From Eledone cirrhosa (Eukaryota), in contig OZ024747.1 of assembly GCA_964016885.1 (NCBI GenBank), positions 24,180,001-24,244,000 on the forward strand: DNA of 64,000 nucleotides, written 5' to 3'. The translations under genes were made by a program, and so were the position numbers. Positions 48,131-62,913 of the stretch are shown here, in pieces. A model generated the notes under the pieces. The model saw nothing but the letters and a program-made list of their open reading frames with translations. It ran no database searches and was not told the origin of the DNA. Numbering within the stretch: position 1 is the stretch's first letter; each line of letters opens with the position of its first letter.

Positions 48131-48564
48131 GAGACTTGCTTTATGATGTGTCATATCCTATGTGGCTCATTGCTTAAAAATATTGACCATACCTGATCTA
48201 AACAACGTACTGATTAGTTACCTCGGCTTATAAATAAGGATTGGACTTTTGCCTATTTCTCATACATAAAATAGTTGGGGTCGGCGTATATTTGGATCGG
48301 GTTATATTCGAGTATATATGGTAAAGATATATAATAACACGTCTTACATTGATTATTAGCTTCAGGTCTGTTATATTAATGACCATTCCTGTAACAGGGT
48401 CAGCCTACAAAGAGAAGTGCAGAGCTACAACATTTGAGAACACAAAGAAGCAGTTTGTAAATAAAAAAATTAGAAATATAACTATGCAGCAGGGTTTATT
48501 TTATTGATGGACTGAATTACTGAGGATAGTAGAAGAGCTAAAGGAATTTAGAAGAGGAATACTT

Positions 48565-51500
48565 ATTTACTGGTCTTTAAGGCTATATAGCACAGTGGAG
48601 GCGAGGTTTGTAATGAAGAATTTACTATTCCTTACTGACTATATAGCACAGTGGAGGCAAGGTTTGTAATGAATAATTTACTATTCCTTACTGACTATAT
48701 AGCACAGTGGAGGCAAGGTTTGTAATGAATAATTTACTATTCCTTACTGACTATATAGCACAGTGGAGGCAAGGTTTGTAATGAATAATTTACTGGTCCT
48801 TACTGACTATATAGCACAGTGGAGGCGAGGTTTGTAATGAATAATTTACTGGTCCTTACTGACTATATAGCACAGTGGAGGCAAGGTTTGTAATGAATAA
48901 TTTACTGGTCCTTACTGACTATATAGCACAGTGGAGGCAAGGTTTGTAATGAATAATTTACTGGTCCTTACTGACTATATAGCACAGTGGAGGCGAGGTT
49001 TGTAATGAATAATTTACTGGTCCTTACTGACTATATAGCACAGTGGAGGCAAGGTTTGTAATGAATAATTTACTGGTCCTTACTGACTATATAGCACAGT
49101 GGAGGCAAGGTTTGTAATGAATAATTTACTGGTCCTTACTGACTATATAGCACAGTGGAGGCAAGGTTTGTAATGAAGAATTTACTATTCCTTACTGACT
49201 ATATAGCACAGTGGAGGCAAGGTTTGTAATGAAGAATTTACTATTCCTTACTGACTATATAGCACAGTGGAGGCAAGGTTTGTAATGAATAATTTACTGG
49301 TCCTTACTGACTATATAGCACAGTGGAGGCGAGGTTTGTAATGAAGAATTTACTATTCCTTACTGACTATATAGCACAGTGGAGGCAAGGTTTGTAATGA
49401 ATAATTTACTGGTCCTTACTGACTATATAGCACAGTGGAGGCAAGGTTTGTAATGAATAATTTACTGGTCCTTACTGACTATATAGCACAGTGGAGGCAA
49501 GGTTTGTAATGAATAATTTACTGGTCCTTACTGACTATTTAGCACAGTGGAGGCGAGGTTTGTAATGAATAATTTACTGGTCCTTACTGACTATATAGCA
49601 CAGTGGAGGCAAGGTTTGTAATGAATAATTTACTGGTCCTTACTGACTATATAGCACAGTGGAGGCAAGGTTTGTAATGAATAATTTACTGGTCCTTACT
49701 GACTATATAGCACAGTGGAGGCAAGGTTTGTAATGAAGAATTTACTATTCCTTACTGACTATATAGCACAGTGGAGGCAAGGTTTGTAATGAAGAATTTA
49801 CTATTCCTTACTGACTATATAGCACAGTGGAGGCAAGGTTTGTAATGAATAATTTACTGGTCCTTACTGACTATATAGCACAGTGGAGGCGAGGTTTGTA
49901 ATGAAGAATTTACTATTCCTTACTGACTATATAGCACAGTGGAGGCAAGGTTTGTAATGAATAATTTACTGGTCCTTACTGACTATATAGCACAGTGGAG
50001 GCAAGGTTTGTAATGAATAATTTACTGGTCCTTACTGACTATATAGCACAGTGGAGGCAAGGTTTGTAATGAAGAATTTACTATTCCTTACTGACTATAT
50101 AGCACAGTGGAGGCAAGGTTTGTAATGAAGAATTTACTATTCCTTACTGACTATATAGCACAGTGGAGGCAAGGTTTGTAATGAATAATTTACTGGTCCT
50201 TACTGACTATATAGCACAGTGGAGGCGAGGTTTGTAATGAAGAATTTACTATTCCTTACTGACTATATAGCACAGTGGAGGCAAGGTTTGTAATGAATAA
50301 TTTACTGGTCCTTACTGACTATATAGCACAGTGGAGGCAAGGTTTGTAATGAATAATTTACTGGTCCTTACTGACTATATAGCACAGTGGAGGCAAGGTT
50401 TGTAATGAATAATTTACTGGTCCTTACTGACTATTTAGCACAGTGGAGGCGAGGTTTGTAATGAATAATTTACTGGTCCTTACTGACTATATAGCACAGT
50501 GGAGGCGAGGTTTGTAATGAATAATTTACTGGTCCTTACTGACTATATAGCACAGTGGAGGCAAGGTTTGTAATGAATAATTTACTGGTCCTTACTGACT
50601 ATTTAGCACAGTGGAGGCGAGGTTTGTAATGAATAATTTACTGGTCCTTACTGACTATATAGCACAGTGGAGGCGAGGTTTGTAATGAATAATTTACTGG
50701 TCCTTACTGACTATATAGCACAGTGGAGGCAAGGTTTGTAATGAATAATTTACTGGTCCTTACTGACTATATAGCACAGTGGAGGCAAGGTTTGTAATGA
50801 ATAATTTACTGGTCCTTACTGACTATATAGCACAGTGGAGGCAAGGTTTGTAATGAAGAATTTACTATTCCTTACTGACTATATAGCACAGTGGAGGCAA
50901 GGTTTGTAATGAAGAATTTACTATTCCTTACTGACTATATAGCACAGTGGAGGCAAGGTTTGTAATGAATAATTTACTGGTCCTTACTGACTATATAGCA
51001 CAGTGGAGGCGAGGTTTGTAATGAAGAATTTACTATTCCTTACTGACTATATAGCACAGTGGAGGCAAGGTTTGTAATGAATAATTTACTGGTCCTTACT
51101 GACTATATAGCACAGTGGAGGCAAGGTTTGTAATGAATAATTTACTGGTCCTTACTGACTATATAGCACAGTGGAGGCAAGGTTTGTAATGAATAATTTA
51201 CTGGTCCTTACTGACTATATAGCACAGTGGAGGCGAGGTTTGTAATAAATAATTTACTGGTCCTTACTGACTATATAGCACAGTGGAGGCGAGGTTTGTA
51301 ATGAATAATTTACTATTCCTTACTGACTATATAGCAGTGGAGGCGAGGTTTGTAATGAATAATTTACTAGTCCTTACTGACTATATAGCACAGTGGAGGC
51401 AAGGTTTGTAATGAATAATTTACTGGTCCTTACTTACTATATAGCACAGTGGAGGCAAGGTTTGTAATGAATAATTTACTGGTCCTTACTGACTATATAG

Positions 51501-54500
51501 CACAGTGGAGGCGAGGTTTGTAATGAAGAATTTACTATTCCTTACTGACTATATAGCACAGTGGAGGCAAGGTTTGTAATGAATAATTTACTGGTCCTTA
51601 CTGACTATATAGCACAGTGGAGGCAAGGTTTGTAATGAAGAATTTACTATTCCTTACTGACTATATAGCACAGTGGAGGCAAGGTTTGTAATGAATAATT
51701 TACTATTCCTTACTGACTATATAGCACAGTGGAGGCAAGGTTTGTAATGAATAATTTACTGGTCCTTACTGACTATATAGCACAGTGGAGGCAAGGTTTG
51801 TAATGAATAATTTACTGGTCCTTACTGACTATATAGCACAGTGGAGGCGAGGTTTGTAATGAATAATTTACTGGTCCTTACTGACTATTTAGCACAGTGG
51901 AGGCGAGGTTTGTAATGAAGAATTTACTATTCCTTACTGACTATATAGCACAGTGGAGGCAAGGTTTGTAATGAATAATTTACTGGTCCTTACTGACTAT
52001 ATAGCACAGTGGAGGCGAGGTTTGTAATGAAGAATTTACTATTCCTTACTGACTATATAGCACAGTGGAGGCAAGGTTTGTAATGAATAATTTACTATTC
52101 CTTACTGACTATATAGCACAGTGGAGGCAAGGTTTGTAATGAAGAATTTACTATTCCTTACTGACTATATAGCACAGTGGAGGCAAGGTTTGTAATGAAG
52201 AATTTACTGGTCCTTACTGACTATATAGCACAGTGGAGGCGAGGTTTGTAATGAATAATTTACTGGTCCTTACTGACTATTTAGCACAGTGGAGGCGAGG
52301 TTTGTAATGAAGAATTTACTATTCCTTACTGACTATATAGCAGTGGAGGCGAGGTTTGTAATGAATAATTTACTGGTCCTTACTGACTATATAGCACAGT
52401 GGAGGCGAGGTTTGTAATGAATAATTTACTGGTCCTTACTGACTATATAGCACAGTGGAGGCAAGGTTTGTAATGAAGAATTTACTATTCCTTACTGACT
52501 ATATAGCAGTGGAGGCAAGGTTTGTAATGAATAATTTACTGGTCCTTACTGACTATATAGCACAGTGGAGGCAAGGTTTGTAATGAATAATTTACTGGTC
52601 CTTACTGACTATATAGCACAGTGGAGGCGAGGTTTGTAATGAATAATTTACTGGTCCTTACTGACTATATAGCACAGTGGAGGCGAGGTTTGTAATGAAT
52701 AATTTACTGGTCCTTACTGACTATTTAGCACAGTGGAGGCGAGGTTTGTAATGAAGAATTTACTATTCCTTACTGACTATATAGCACAGTGGAGGCAAGG
52801 TTTGTAATGAATAATTTACTGGTCCTTACTGACTATATAGCACAGTGGAGGCGAGGTTTGTAATGAAGAATTTACTATTCCTTACTGACTATATAGCACA
52901 GTGGAGGCAAGGTTTGTAATGAAGAATTTACTATTCCTTACTGACTATATAGCACAGTGGAGGCAAGGTTTGTAATGAAGAATTTACTGGTCCTTACTGA
53001 CTATATAGCACAGTGGAGGCGAGGTTTGTAATGAATAATTTACTGGTCCTTACTGACTATTTAGCACAGTGGAGGCGAGGTTTGTAATGAAGAATTTACT
53101 ATTCCTTACTGACTATATAGCAGTGGAGGCGAGGTTTGTAATGAATAATTTACTGGTCCTTACTGACTATATAGCACAGTGGAGGCGAGGTTTGTAATGA
53201 ATAATTTACTGGTCCTTACTGACTATATAGCACAGTGGAGGCAAGGTTTGTAATGAAGAATTTACTATTCCTTACTGACTATATAGCAGTGGAGGCAAGG
53301 TTTGTAATGAATAATTTACTGGTCCTTACTGACTATATAGCACAGTGGAGGCAAGGTTTGTAATGAATAATTTACTGGTCCTTACTGACTATATAGCACA
53401 GTGGAGGCGAGGTTTGTAATGAATAATTTACTGGTCCTTACTGACTATATAGCACAGTGGAGGCGAGGTTTGTAATGAATAATTTACTGGTCCTTACTGA
53501 CTATTTAGCACAGTGGAGGCGAGGTTTGTAATGAAGAATTTACTATTCCTTACTGACTATATAGCACAGTGGAGGCAAGGTTTGTAATGAATAATTTACT
53601 GGTCCTTACTGACTATATAGCACAGTGGAGGCGAGGTTTGTAATGAAGAATTTACTATTCCTTACTGACTATATAGCACAGTGGAGGCAAGGTTTGTAAT
53701 GAATAATTTACTATTCCTTACTGACTATATAGCACAGTGGAGGCAAGGTTTGTAATGAAGAATTTACTATTCCTTACTGACTATATAGCACAGTGGAGGC
53801 AAGGTTTGTAATGAATAATTTACTGGTCCTTACTGACTATATAGCACAGTGGAGGCAAGGTTTGTAATGAATAATTTACTGGTCCTTACTGACTATATAG
53901 CACAGTGGAGGCGAGGTTTGTAATGAATAATTTACTGGTCCTTACTGACTATTTAGCACAGTGGAGGCGAGGTTTGTAATGAAGAATTTACTATTCCTTA
54001 CTGACTATATAGCACAGTGGAGGCAAGGTTTGTAATGAATAATTTACTGGTCCTTACTGACTATATAGCACAGTGGAGGCGAGGTTTGTAATGAAGAATT
54101 TACTATTCCTTACTGACTATATAGCACAGTGGAGGCAAGGTTTGTAATGAATAATTTACTATTCCTTACTGACTATATAGCACAGTGGAGGCAAGGTTTG
54201 TAATGAAGAATTTACTATTCCTTACTGACTATATAGCACAGTGGAGGCAAGGTTTGTAATGAAGAATTTACTGGTCCTTACTGACTATATAGCACAGTGG
54301 AGGCAAGGTTTGTAATGAATAATTTACTGGTCCTTACTGACTATATAGCACAGTGGAGGCGAGGTTTGTAATGAATAATTTACTGGTCCTTACTGACTAT
54401 ATAGCACAGTGGAGGCAAGGTTTGTAATGAATAATTTACTGGTCCTTACTGACTATATAGCACAGTGGAGGCGAGGTTTGTAATGAAGAATTTACTATTC

Positions 54501-56785
54501 CTTACTGACTATATAGCAGTGGAGGCGAGGTTTGTAATGAATAATTTACTGGTCCTTACTGACTATATAGCACAGTGGAGGCGAGGTTTGTAATGAAGAA
54601 TTTACTGGTCCTTACTGACTATATAGCACAGTGGAGGCAAGGTTTGTAATGAATAATTTACTGGTCCTTACTGACTATATAGCACAGTGGAGGCAAGGTT
54701 TGTAATGAATAATTTACTGGTCCTTACTGACTATATAGCACAGTGGAGGCAAGGTTTGTAATGAATAATTTACTGGTCCTTACTGACTATATAGCACAGT
54801 GGAGGCGAGGTTTGTAATGAATAATTTACTGGTCCTTACTGACTATTTAGCACAGTGGAGGCGAGGTTTGTAATGAAGAATTTACTATTCCTTACTGACT
54901 ATATAGCACAGTGGAGGCAAGGTTTGTAATGAATAATTTACTGGTCCTTACTGACTATATAGCACAGTGGAGGCGAGGTTTGTAATGAAGAATTTACTAT
55001 TCCTTACTGACTATATAGCACAGTGGAGGCAAGGTTTGTAATGAATAATTTACTATTCCTTACTGACTATATAGCACAGTGGAGGCAAGGTTTGTAATGA
55101 AGAATTTACTATTCCTTACTGACTATATAGCACAGTGGAGGCAAGGTTTGTAATGAAGAATTTACTGGTCCTTACTGACTATATAGCACAGTGGAGGCAA
55201 GGTTTGTAATGAATAATTTACTGGTCCTTACTGACTATATAGCACAGTGGAGGCGAGGTTTGTAATGAATAATTTACTGGTCCTTACTGACTATATAGCA
55301 CAGTGGAGGCAAGGTTTGTAATGAATAATTTACTGGTCCTTACTGACTATATAGCACAGTGGAGGCAAGGTTTGTAATGAATAATTTACTGGTCCTTACT
55401 ATATAGCAGTGGAGGCGAGGTTTGTAATGAATAATTTACTGGTCCTTACTGACTATATAGCACAGTGGAGGCGAGGTTTGTAATGAAGAATTTACTGGTC
55501 CTTACTGACTATATAGCACAGTGGAGGCAAGGTTTGTAATGAATAATTTACTGGTCCTTACTGACTATATAGCACAGTGGAGGCAAGGTTTGTAATGAAT
55601 AATTTACTGGTCCTTACTGACTATATAGCACAGTGGAGGCAAGGTTTGTAATGAATAATTTACTGGTCCTTACTATATAGCAGTGGAGGCGAGGTTTGTA
55701 ATGAATAATTTACTGGTCCTTACTGACTATATAGCACAGTGGAGGCGAGGTTTGTAATGAAGAATTTACTGGTCCTTACTGACTATATAGCACAGTGGAG
55801 GCAAGGTTTGTAATGAATAATTTACTGGTCCTTACTGACTATATAGCACAGTGGAGGCAAGGTTTGTAATGAATAATTTACTGGTCCTTACTGACTATAT
55901 AGCACAGTGGAGGCAAGGTTTGTAATGAATAATTTACTGGTCCTTACTATATAGCAGTGGAGGCGAGGTTTGTAATGAATAATTTACTGGTCCTTACTGA
56001 CTATATAGCACAGTGGAGGCGAGGTTTGTAATGAAGAATTTACTGGTCCTTACTGACTATATAGCACAGTGGAGGCAAGGTTTGTAATGAATAATTTACT
56101 GGTCCTTACTGACTATATAGCACAGTGGAGGCAAGGTTTGTAATGAATAATTTACTGGTCCTTACTGACTATATAGCACAGTGGAGGCAAGGTTTGTAAT
56201 GAATAATTTACTGGTCCTTACTGACTATATAGCAGTGGAGGCGAGGTTTGTAATGAATAATTTACTGGTCCTTACTGACTATATAGCACAGTGGAGGCAA
56301 GGTTTGTAATGAATAATTTATTGGTCCTTACTGACTATATAGCACAGTGGAGGCGAGGTTTGTAATGAATAATTTATTGGTCCTTACTGACTATATAGTG
56401 TAATAGAGGTGAGGTTTGTAGTGAAGTACTTACTGGTCCTTACTGACTATATAGTATAATAGAGGTGAGGTTTGTAGTGAAGTACTTGCTGGTCCTTACT
56501 GACTATATAGTATAATAGAGGTGAGGTTTGTAGTGAAGTACTTGCTGGTCCTTACTGACTATATAATATAATAGAGGTGAGGTTTGTAGTGAAGTACTTA
56601 CTGGTCCTTACTGACTATATAGTATAATAGAGGTGAGGTTTGTAGTGAAGTACTTACTGGTCCTTACTGACTATATAGTATAATAGAGGTGAGGTTTGTA
56701 GTGAAGTACTTGCTGGTCCTTACTGACTATATAGTGTAATAGAGGTGAGGTTTGTAGCAAAGTACTTGCTGGTCCTTAATGACTG
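48565..56785. repeat. 56-bp satellite with higher-order structure
   Basis: Unit GACTATATAGCACAGTGGAGGC(A/G)AGGTTTGTAATGAA(T/G)AATTTACT(GG/AT)TCCTTACT, about 8.2 kb. A diverged subfamily occupies ~56395-56785. Confidence 0.98.
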
Positions 56786-57259
56786 TTGAGATAAGGGTGT
56801 ATAGAGATAAATACTTACTGGACCTTTAAGTGTCACTTCCACTGAAATAGAGAAAATAAAAAAAAATAACAGAGTGAAAGCAGAGTAAGAAATATGAATA
56901 ATTATGATTTTATAACAACAAAATACTACACAGAGACCTAACAGCTCTCTATATAGAGATACAGAGGTATAATGGTGTTTAATGGGGCATATCTATAGAT
57001 ATACAGGTGAAATGCAGTGTTTACTGCAGTGGTGTTTAACATGGGGACATCTAGTATATCTAGAGAAGTGAAATACAGTGGTGTTTAATGTGGGAACACT
57101 TGGTATATCTGTACATATAGAGGTGAAATACAGTGGTGTTTAATGTAGGGATACCTGGTATATCTGTAGATATAGAAGTTAAATGCAGTGGGGGTTAATG
57201 TGGGAAGTAACATTTGATATATTTAAATTTAGACAATAACAACTGGCCACAACACCAAT

Positions 57260-57746
57260 TTAACCCTTTAGCATTTACATTACTCCATATACACTATTGT
57301 ATTTTCATGATAAGGGTTTTATCTCACATAGTTATCTTGCATAATATTAAATCTATGAGATTTTTATGTTATTTATTTTGAGAACAATACTTTAGCCCTT
57401 TAGCATTTAAACTGGCTGTATCCAACCAGAATTCTGTCACCTCTTTCTGTTCAAACTGGCTGCTCATACTGATGTTAAGGCATTGTTCTCAAAATAAATA
57501 ATTGTTTCTACTTTTGGCACAAGGCCAGCAATTACCCAGTTCTCAAAATAAATAATATCAAAATTTCATAGATTTAATATTATGTGAGATATTATGTGAG
57601 ATAAAGCCTATACCACGAAAATACAATAGTATATATAGAGTAATGTAAATGCTAAAGGGTTAACATCAGTATGAGTGGCTGGTTACAGCCAATTTGAACA
57701 GAAAGAAGTGAGAAAATTCTAGCTGGTGTAAATGTTAAAGGGTTAA
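57260..57746. mobile_element. Nested TTAA MITE A: inverted copy (57392-57663) inside another copy, itself carrying a SINE tail
   Basis: The outer copy breaks at its internal TTAA and resumes at catcagtatgag (57664). The SINE tail at ~57500-57540 is flanked by a duplicated ttctcaaaataaataat. Confidence 0.85.
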
Positions 57747-57864
57747 ATGTGGCAAAAGTAGTATATACTAACGTTTATAGTTGTGTCCATGTCCATTGAT
57801 ATGATTACATTTTCCATAAATCTTTTGGTTGACTTCATCACTGAGATTTGGGCTAAAATATAAA

Positions 57865-58100
57865 CGCAAGCATTACAAGGGTCTTTGGAGTAATGTTACT
57901 CAATAGAGTGTGTAGTTCGGAGATAAGAGAGTCACTCAAGGTAGAGCCGCTATTTCTCCGAATTGAGACATCACAGTTCCATGGGCATGTGGTTAGAATG
58001 TCTCAGGAAAGAATCACTGGCAAGAATCCAGCTGGAGACCCAAGGGTAGACACGAGCAAGAAGAGGAGGAGGAGGAAAAAGCAACAGGAGAAGAAGAATT
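57865..58100 (+). mobile_element. RTE-type LINE 3' fragment
   Basis: NRVCSSEIRESLKVEPLFLRIETSQ-FHGHVVRM resembles the RTE ORF C-terminus. It has an (AAG/AGG)n tail. Confidence 0.65.
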
Positions 58101-58287
58101 ACAATATCATTGAAGCGATTTAAATTGTGAGAGGAAAATGAAATATTTTACTGTAAATTCTGTTGTTCAATGGTAACCAATATCATACAGTATCTTAATG
58201 GTTGTCCAATTGACCAATAGTCATTAATAATCCACTATACATCACAATACAGTATCTCCAGACAGAGTAAAGTATTATGACCAGGTC

Positions 58288-58513
58288 TTAACCCTTTAAC
58301 ATTTACATTACTCTATATTTACTGTTGTATTTTCGCAGTAAAGACTTTACCTCAAATAATTATCTCACATAATATCAAATCTATGAGATTTTGATATTTA
58401 TTTTGAGAACAATACCTTAACATCAGTATGAGTAGCAAGTCACAGCCAGTTTGAAGAGAAAGAGGTGAGAGAATTCTAGCTGGATATGGCTGGTTTAGAT
58501 GCTAAATGGTTAA
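58288..58513. mobile_element. TTAA MITE family A
   Basis: ttaaccctttaacattta...tagatgctaaatggttaa. Confidence 0.8.
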
Positions 58514-59237
58514 ATCTATGACCTGCTCAATAATACTTTACTGTATCTTTGAAGACATTATGTCAAAAGACAGTAAATAACACAGTTGTATTTGTCTGGT
58601 TTGCTTTGTAGAAATATATAGAAAGAAAAAAAAATAGCATGTTTACTTGTGCAATCTGTGACAGGCACTGAATGATTCAACACGTCTGGTTAAGACAATT
58701 GGTCTGACATTGTTGCTGCTCATTTTACTGTAAAGAAGATTTAAACATTCAAATACTAGAAACATCTCCATTTAGCATCAATTTGGGTTGTTTCTGTTTT
58801 ATTTCATTGATGAGAATTTGGGGAGATGAATCAGAGCACACAAACATAAGGAGCTATCATCTTACTAACTACAATTTACAACACTCTCACCTCACAACCA
58901 AACCTCTATCTCACTACTTTACCTCCAGTTTACACACTCCCACATCACAACCACAGATCCACCTGACAACTATACCTCCACTGTACATCTAAATTTTTCA
59001 GCAAAATATTCACTTTAATCAATTTCTGATTTAAAAATTAAATGAAGTTAGGAATTTATCATAGATTTAAAAAAAAAATTATGTGTGTTCTTATGAATAT
59101 AAAGCATACTTTTTTGTATATAAATATATTTTGCTTATTTTAGCTGCATACATGGTTTAGAATAATTACACCTTACCCCTGCATGTTGAGAGAGAACTAA
59201 AAGATATCTAAAACATAGCCTAAAAAATAACTTCATG

Positions 59238-59422
59238 TAATAATTGTTTCTACTTTTGGCACAAGGCCAGCAATTAACCAGTACATTACTGGTACTTTAT
59301 TTTATCGACCTCTGTATGGATGAAAGGCAAAGTTAACCTCGGCAGGATTTGAACTCAGATCATAAAGGGACGTAACTATGCTGGAAAGCATGTCCGACCC
59401 TTTATCGATACTGCCAATTCAC
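59238..59422 (-). mobile_element. tRNA-derived SINE, same family
   Basis: Full-length match. Further diverged copies lie at ~4268-4440, 17068-17170, 27235-27445, 60145-60335 and 62048-62142. Confidence 0.85.
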
Positions 59423-60807
59423 TGGAGCCCATAAGGTTATCCCCAGCTTTAACAAAGAAAATTACCTTATAATGTTTGTTGTGTTGCTTTTGTTGATTGT
59501 AATTATGTTTCATGCCTCAAAAATCTTTAAGAAACTCCAACAATCTCTGTTCAAGTGTGTAGTTGAGAGAATGTGTAAGGCTTTTCTTTTTTATTGTTTG
59601 CACTCATTGTGCTTCCATGGAAATGTATAAAACTTATACAGTTTATCATCATCATCATCATCTTTATACTAATAAAAATATCGATATACACTTAAATTTT
59701 CAGAAAGAAAAACAGTTCATTATTGAATACATTTTGCTTCGTTTCAAGTTTCACTTGGAAAGGAATGTAAGGGTAGAGAGAGAAGTGCTGTTCCCCAGTA
59801 CATTTTCTAAAAGGTGTGTGAATGTGGCAAGAATGTCCCATATGAATGAGCCAACTCTGAGCATGCACCTGTAGGTTAGTTGATTTGATGAGGAGAAGGG
59901 TTCCCTTCCTGGGTGTTCTCGAAGCGTTGGGTGGTCCAAGATTGGTGTGGTACTTGAGTTGCCCTTGGGCGGTTCTCCTCCGTATTGGGGAGTTCTGTTG
60001 TTTGTATTTTTGTTTATTGTTTTTGTTGTATTTATTTTTTTTATTCGATTCTTTTATAAAGCTCCACTGTCCCTGTCTTTTTGTATTGTCTCCTATATGT
60101 AGGTCCTTGTGGTCAATAAAGAAAGAATTATTATGAATTGGTAGTATTGGTGGATTGGCAATATTAGGGGAGCACCGGACAACATGCTTTGCAGTATAAA
60201 GTTACATTCCTTTACGTTCTGAGTTGAAATCCCACCTAAATTAACTTTGTTTTTTATCCTTATAGGATCGATAAAGTACCAGTAATGCACTAGGGTAAAT
60301 TTAATCGACTTTCCCTAAATAAGAAACCTTTATTATGAATTCTAAGGGTGGTGGACTAGCAGTATTGGTAGAGCATCAGACAATATCCTTTGTGGCATAT
60401 AGTTACAACTCTTTTTGTTCTGAGGTAACATATACACAACAGGTTTCTGAAGGTTCTGTAAACTAAATTTCACTTATAAGTCATTGGTCAAAACCAGAAT
60501 TATTTGATTGTAAGCAAACTCTTTAAAAACAGCCATGCCTACTCTTATTGTTTGTTTGTTTTTTAAAGTTATTTCTATATTATTTTCTAAATAAGTAATT
60601 ATTTTATTTGTTAATTAATTATCATTATCATCATTTTGCAGCTTTTAAATTTGTGATGCTCAAAACAAGAAAATGGTTTAAGGGTGTGGGGTTAAAAATC
60701 GATGCTTAACCAGCTAAACACACACAGCTGTTAGCTAAAATTATTTATTTTAATTACGACTTCCAATAAAATGTCTGTGTGTGAGGAGTCTGTAAATATT
60801 TAGAACA

Positions 60808-61062
60808 GAGTGATAGGCCGTGTGTAGTATAACGATAGACCATGTATAATATAACGATAGACCATGTATAATATAGAGATAGAACGTATGTAATACAAAG
60901 ATAGATTTCTTTATGTATGTAATACAAAGATAGAACGTATGTAATACAGATAGAACGTATAATATAGTGATAGAACGTATAATATAGTGATAGAACGTAT
61001 GTAATATAGTGATAGAACGTATATAATATTTATATAGTGATATAGCGATAGACCGTGTCTAA
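60808..61062. repeat. 18-22-bp tandem repeat
   Basis: gatagaacgtat(gt)aatatagt units. Confidence 0.85.
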
Positions 61063-61524
61063 TATTTGTGATGAACCGAATATTCTAGAACCATGAATGT
61101 TCAAAATAAAAACAAATAAATGAACGGACCTCCGTCATTTTTAAATAGGATAGTTCATGTTATTTTGATAATGGAGCGACTTTGTTCGTTAAATTAACGT
61201 GTAAATAGCGAAGTATTCCAAGAACACGCCTACCTATAAAGTAAGAAGATTTATAGCTGACCTTTTCAATTGCGGGTACAATTCATCATGTGTAAGTAAG
61301 TGGTCGAATATTCTGTAGACACGAGAAACTTTAATATTATTCTCGGGAAGAATCAGAGTGACACTGTGTGTGGCAAGGGTGGACCTTCGAATTACAGGTT
61401 CAGTCCACCATGTATTATAGCGTTACTGGCTGAGTATTCCAGGCACGTATACTCTTAACACAATTGTTATGCAGAATCAGTGTGACAAGGCTGGACCTTT
61501 GATTACACATACACACTATTCACT

Positions 61525-61618
61525 TCCCTGACATTTGTGTATTATTCTATGTACTATATATGCACCTTTGACGAGTTGTAGTGGACCTGAGCACTTTACA
61601 CAATAATTTCATTATATA
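61525..61618 (+). mobile_element. Short 3' tail fragment of the CR1/L2 family
   Basis: ttgacgagttgtagtggacctgagcactttacacaataatttcatta matches the LINE 3' end. Confidence 0.8.
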
Positions 61619-62913
61619 TATATTAGTGTCCTGTCCGTCCAATGGCTTTCGTAAAAAAAAAGAAATTCTGTCTATACAATTTCGATAAGAAAGGCTTGTA
61701 TTGCTTGAATCCAGAAGATAACAATCTATACAATAGTCACTTACCTCATACATTGAAGTAAGCAGCATTTAGTCCACTAAAATTGGATATAGCCGAAACG
61801 AGACTTCACATTTATCAAGCGTAAAGATATTAACAAGATATAAAATAAATAAATGCTTTGAAGGTAGAAGAAAAATAGAAATATTACGCTCCATTTACTA
61901 TGAAAATATGAGCATAACGTGTTCTGTTTATACTGAATACAGGTTATGATAATTACTGTTATTGTTATTATTTACGCACTGTGGTCGATTTAATCGTCTT
62001 TCCCTTCCCACCATAACTGCTGGTCGTGTGCTTAAAGTAGAAACCGTTCTTTGCCTTTCATCCTTACGGGGTCGATAAAATAAAGTACCAGTAATGCACT
62101 GGGTAATTGATGGCCTTGTGCCAAAAGTAGAAACAATTATTAATAGTATTAATATTACAAGGTACTTACTTCGACCGTGTGTAACGCCACTATAATGTTT
62201 GTTACAGAAAACGGCACTTTGCTGGGTTCTAAAGATTACAAGACAATTCTTGCCAGTTTTCAATTAGAGTTACATCCCTTAAAGTCTATTGTTTCTCTTA
62301 GCACCAGGATTCTTGTAGTTTATAGAACCAGGAGCAGCAGCTAAATAAAGCTTAAGACGTAGACGGGTAGAACTAAATATTGTAATTCTTTTTTACTTCG
62401 ATGGTTGACCATTTATGCCATTCGATTTCATTGTAGCACTGATATATTAAAGATAATTAATATATTTAAGTGAAAAACAAAACGTGTTACTGCCGAATGA
62501 TAAACGAAAGTAAACAAACAGTATAAATAAAGAGAAACTTGGCAAAAGAGAGAGAAGGGAAGGGGAACCTAGTGCATCAAATATAACATGGTAAAATTGT
62601 AAACAGGTACAAAAACTTTGCGGTCATTGGCCGTCGAAATGGATGTACACAGTTTCAACCTCTACCAACGGTACTGCTGACCCATCCGGGGTCACAGTAG
62701 AGAAACATTGTCCTGAAGTATTTTACAAGGAGAAAATGTAAAAGAACACGTGAAATCACACGGGAGTCCATATGTCTGACTGATCATGTTTGTCACATAT
62801 TCGACTTAAATACCTTACATTTAATTATATACGTACTTTGTCATTGATTAGATTAACGTGAATAATTAATTGGACTAACTTAGATCCCCCCTCCCCCATA
62901 TATATATATATAT

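Noticed and set aside
48565-56785. 56-bp array as a CRISPR array, coding repeat or hammerhead satellite
   Set aside because: No spacers, frequent stops, and no CUGANGA/GAAA core (ctgacta only).
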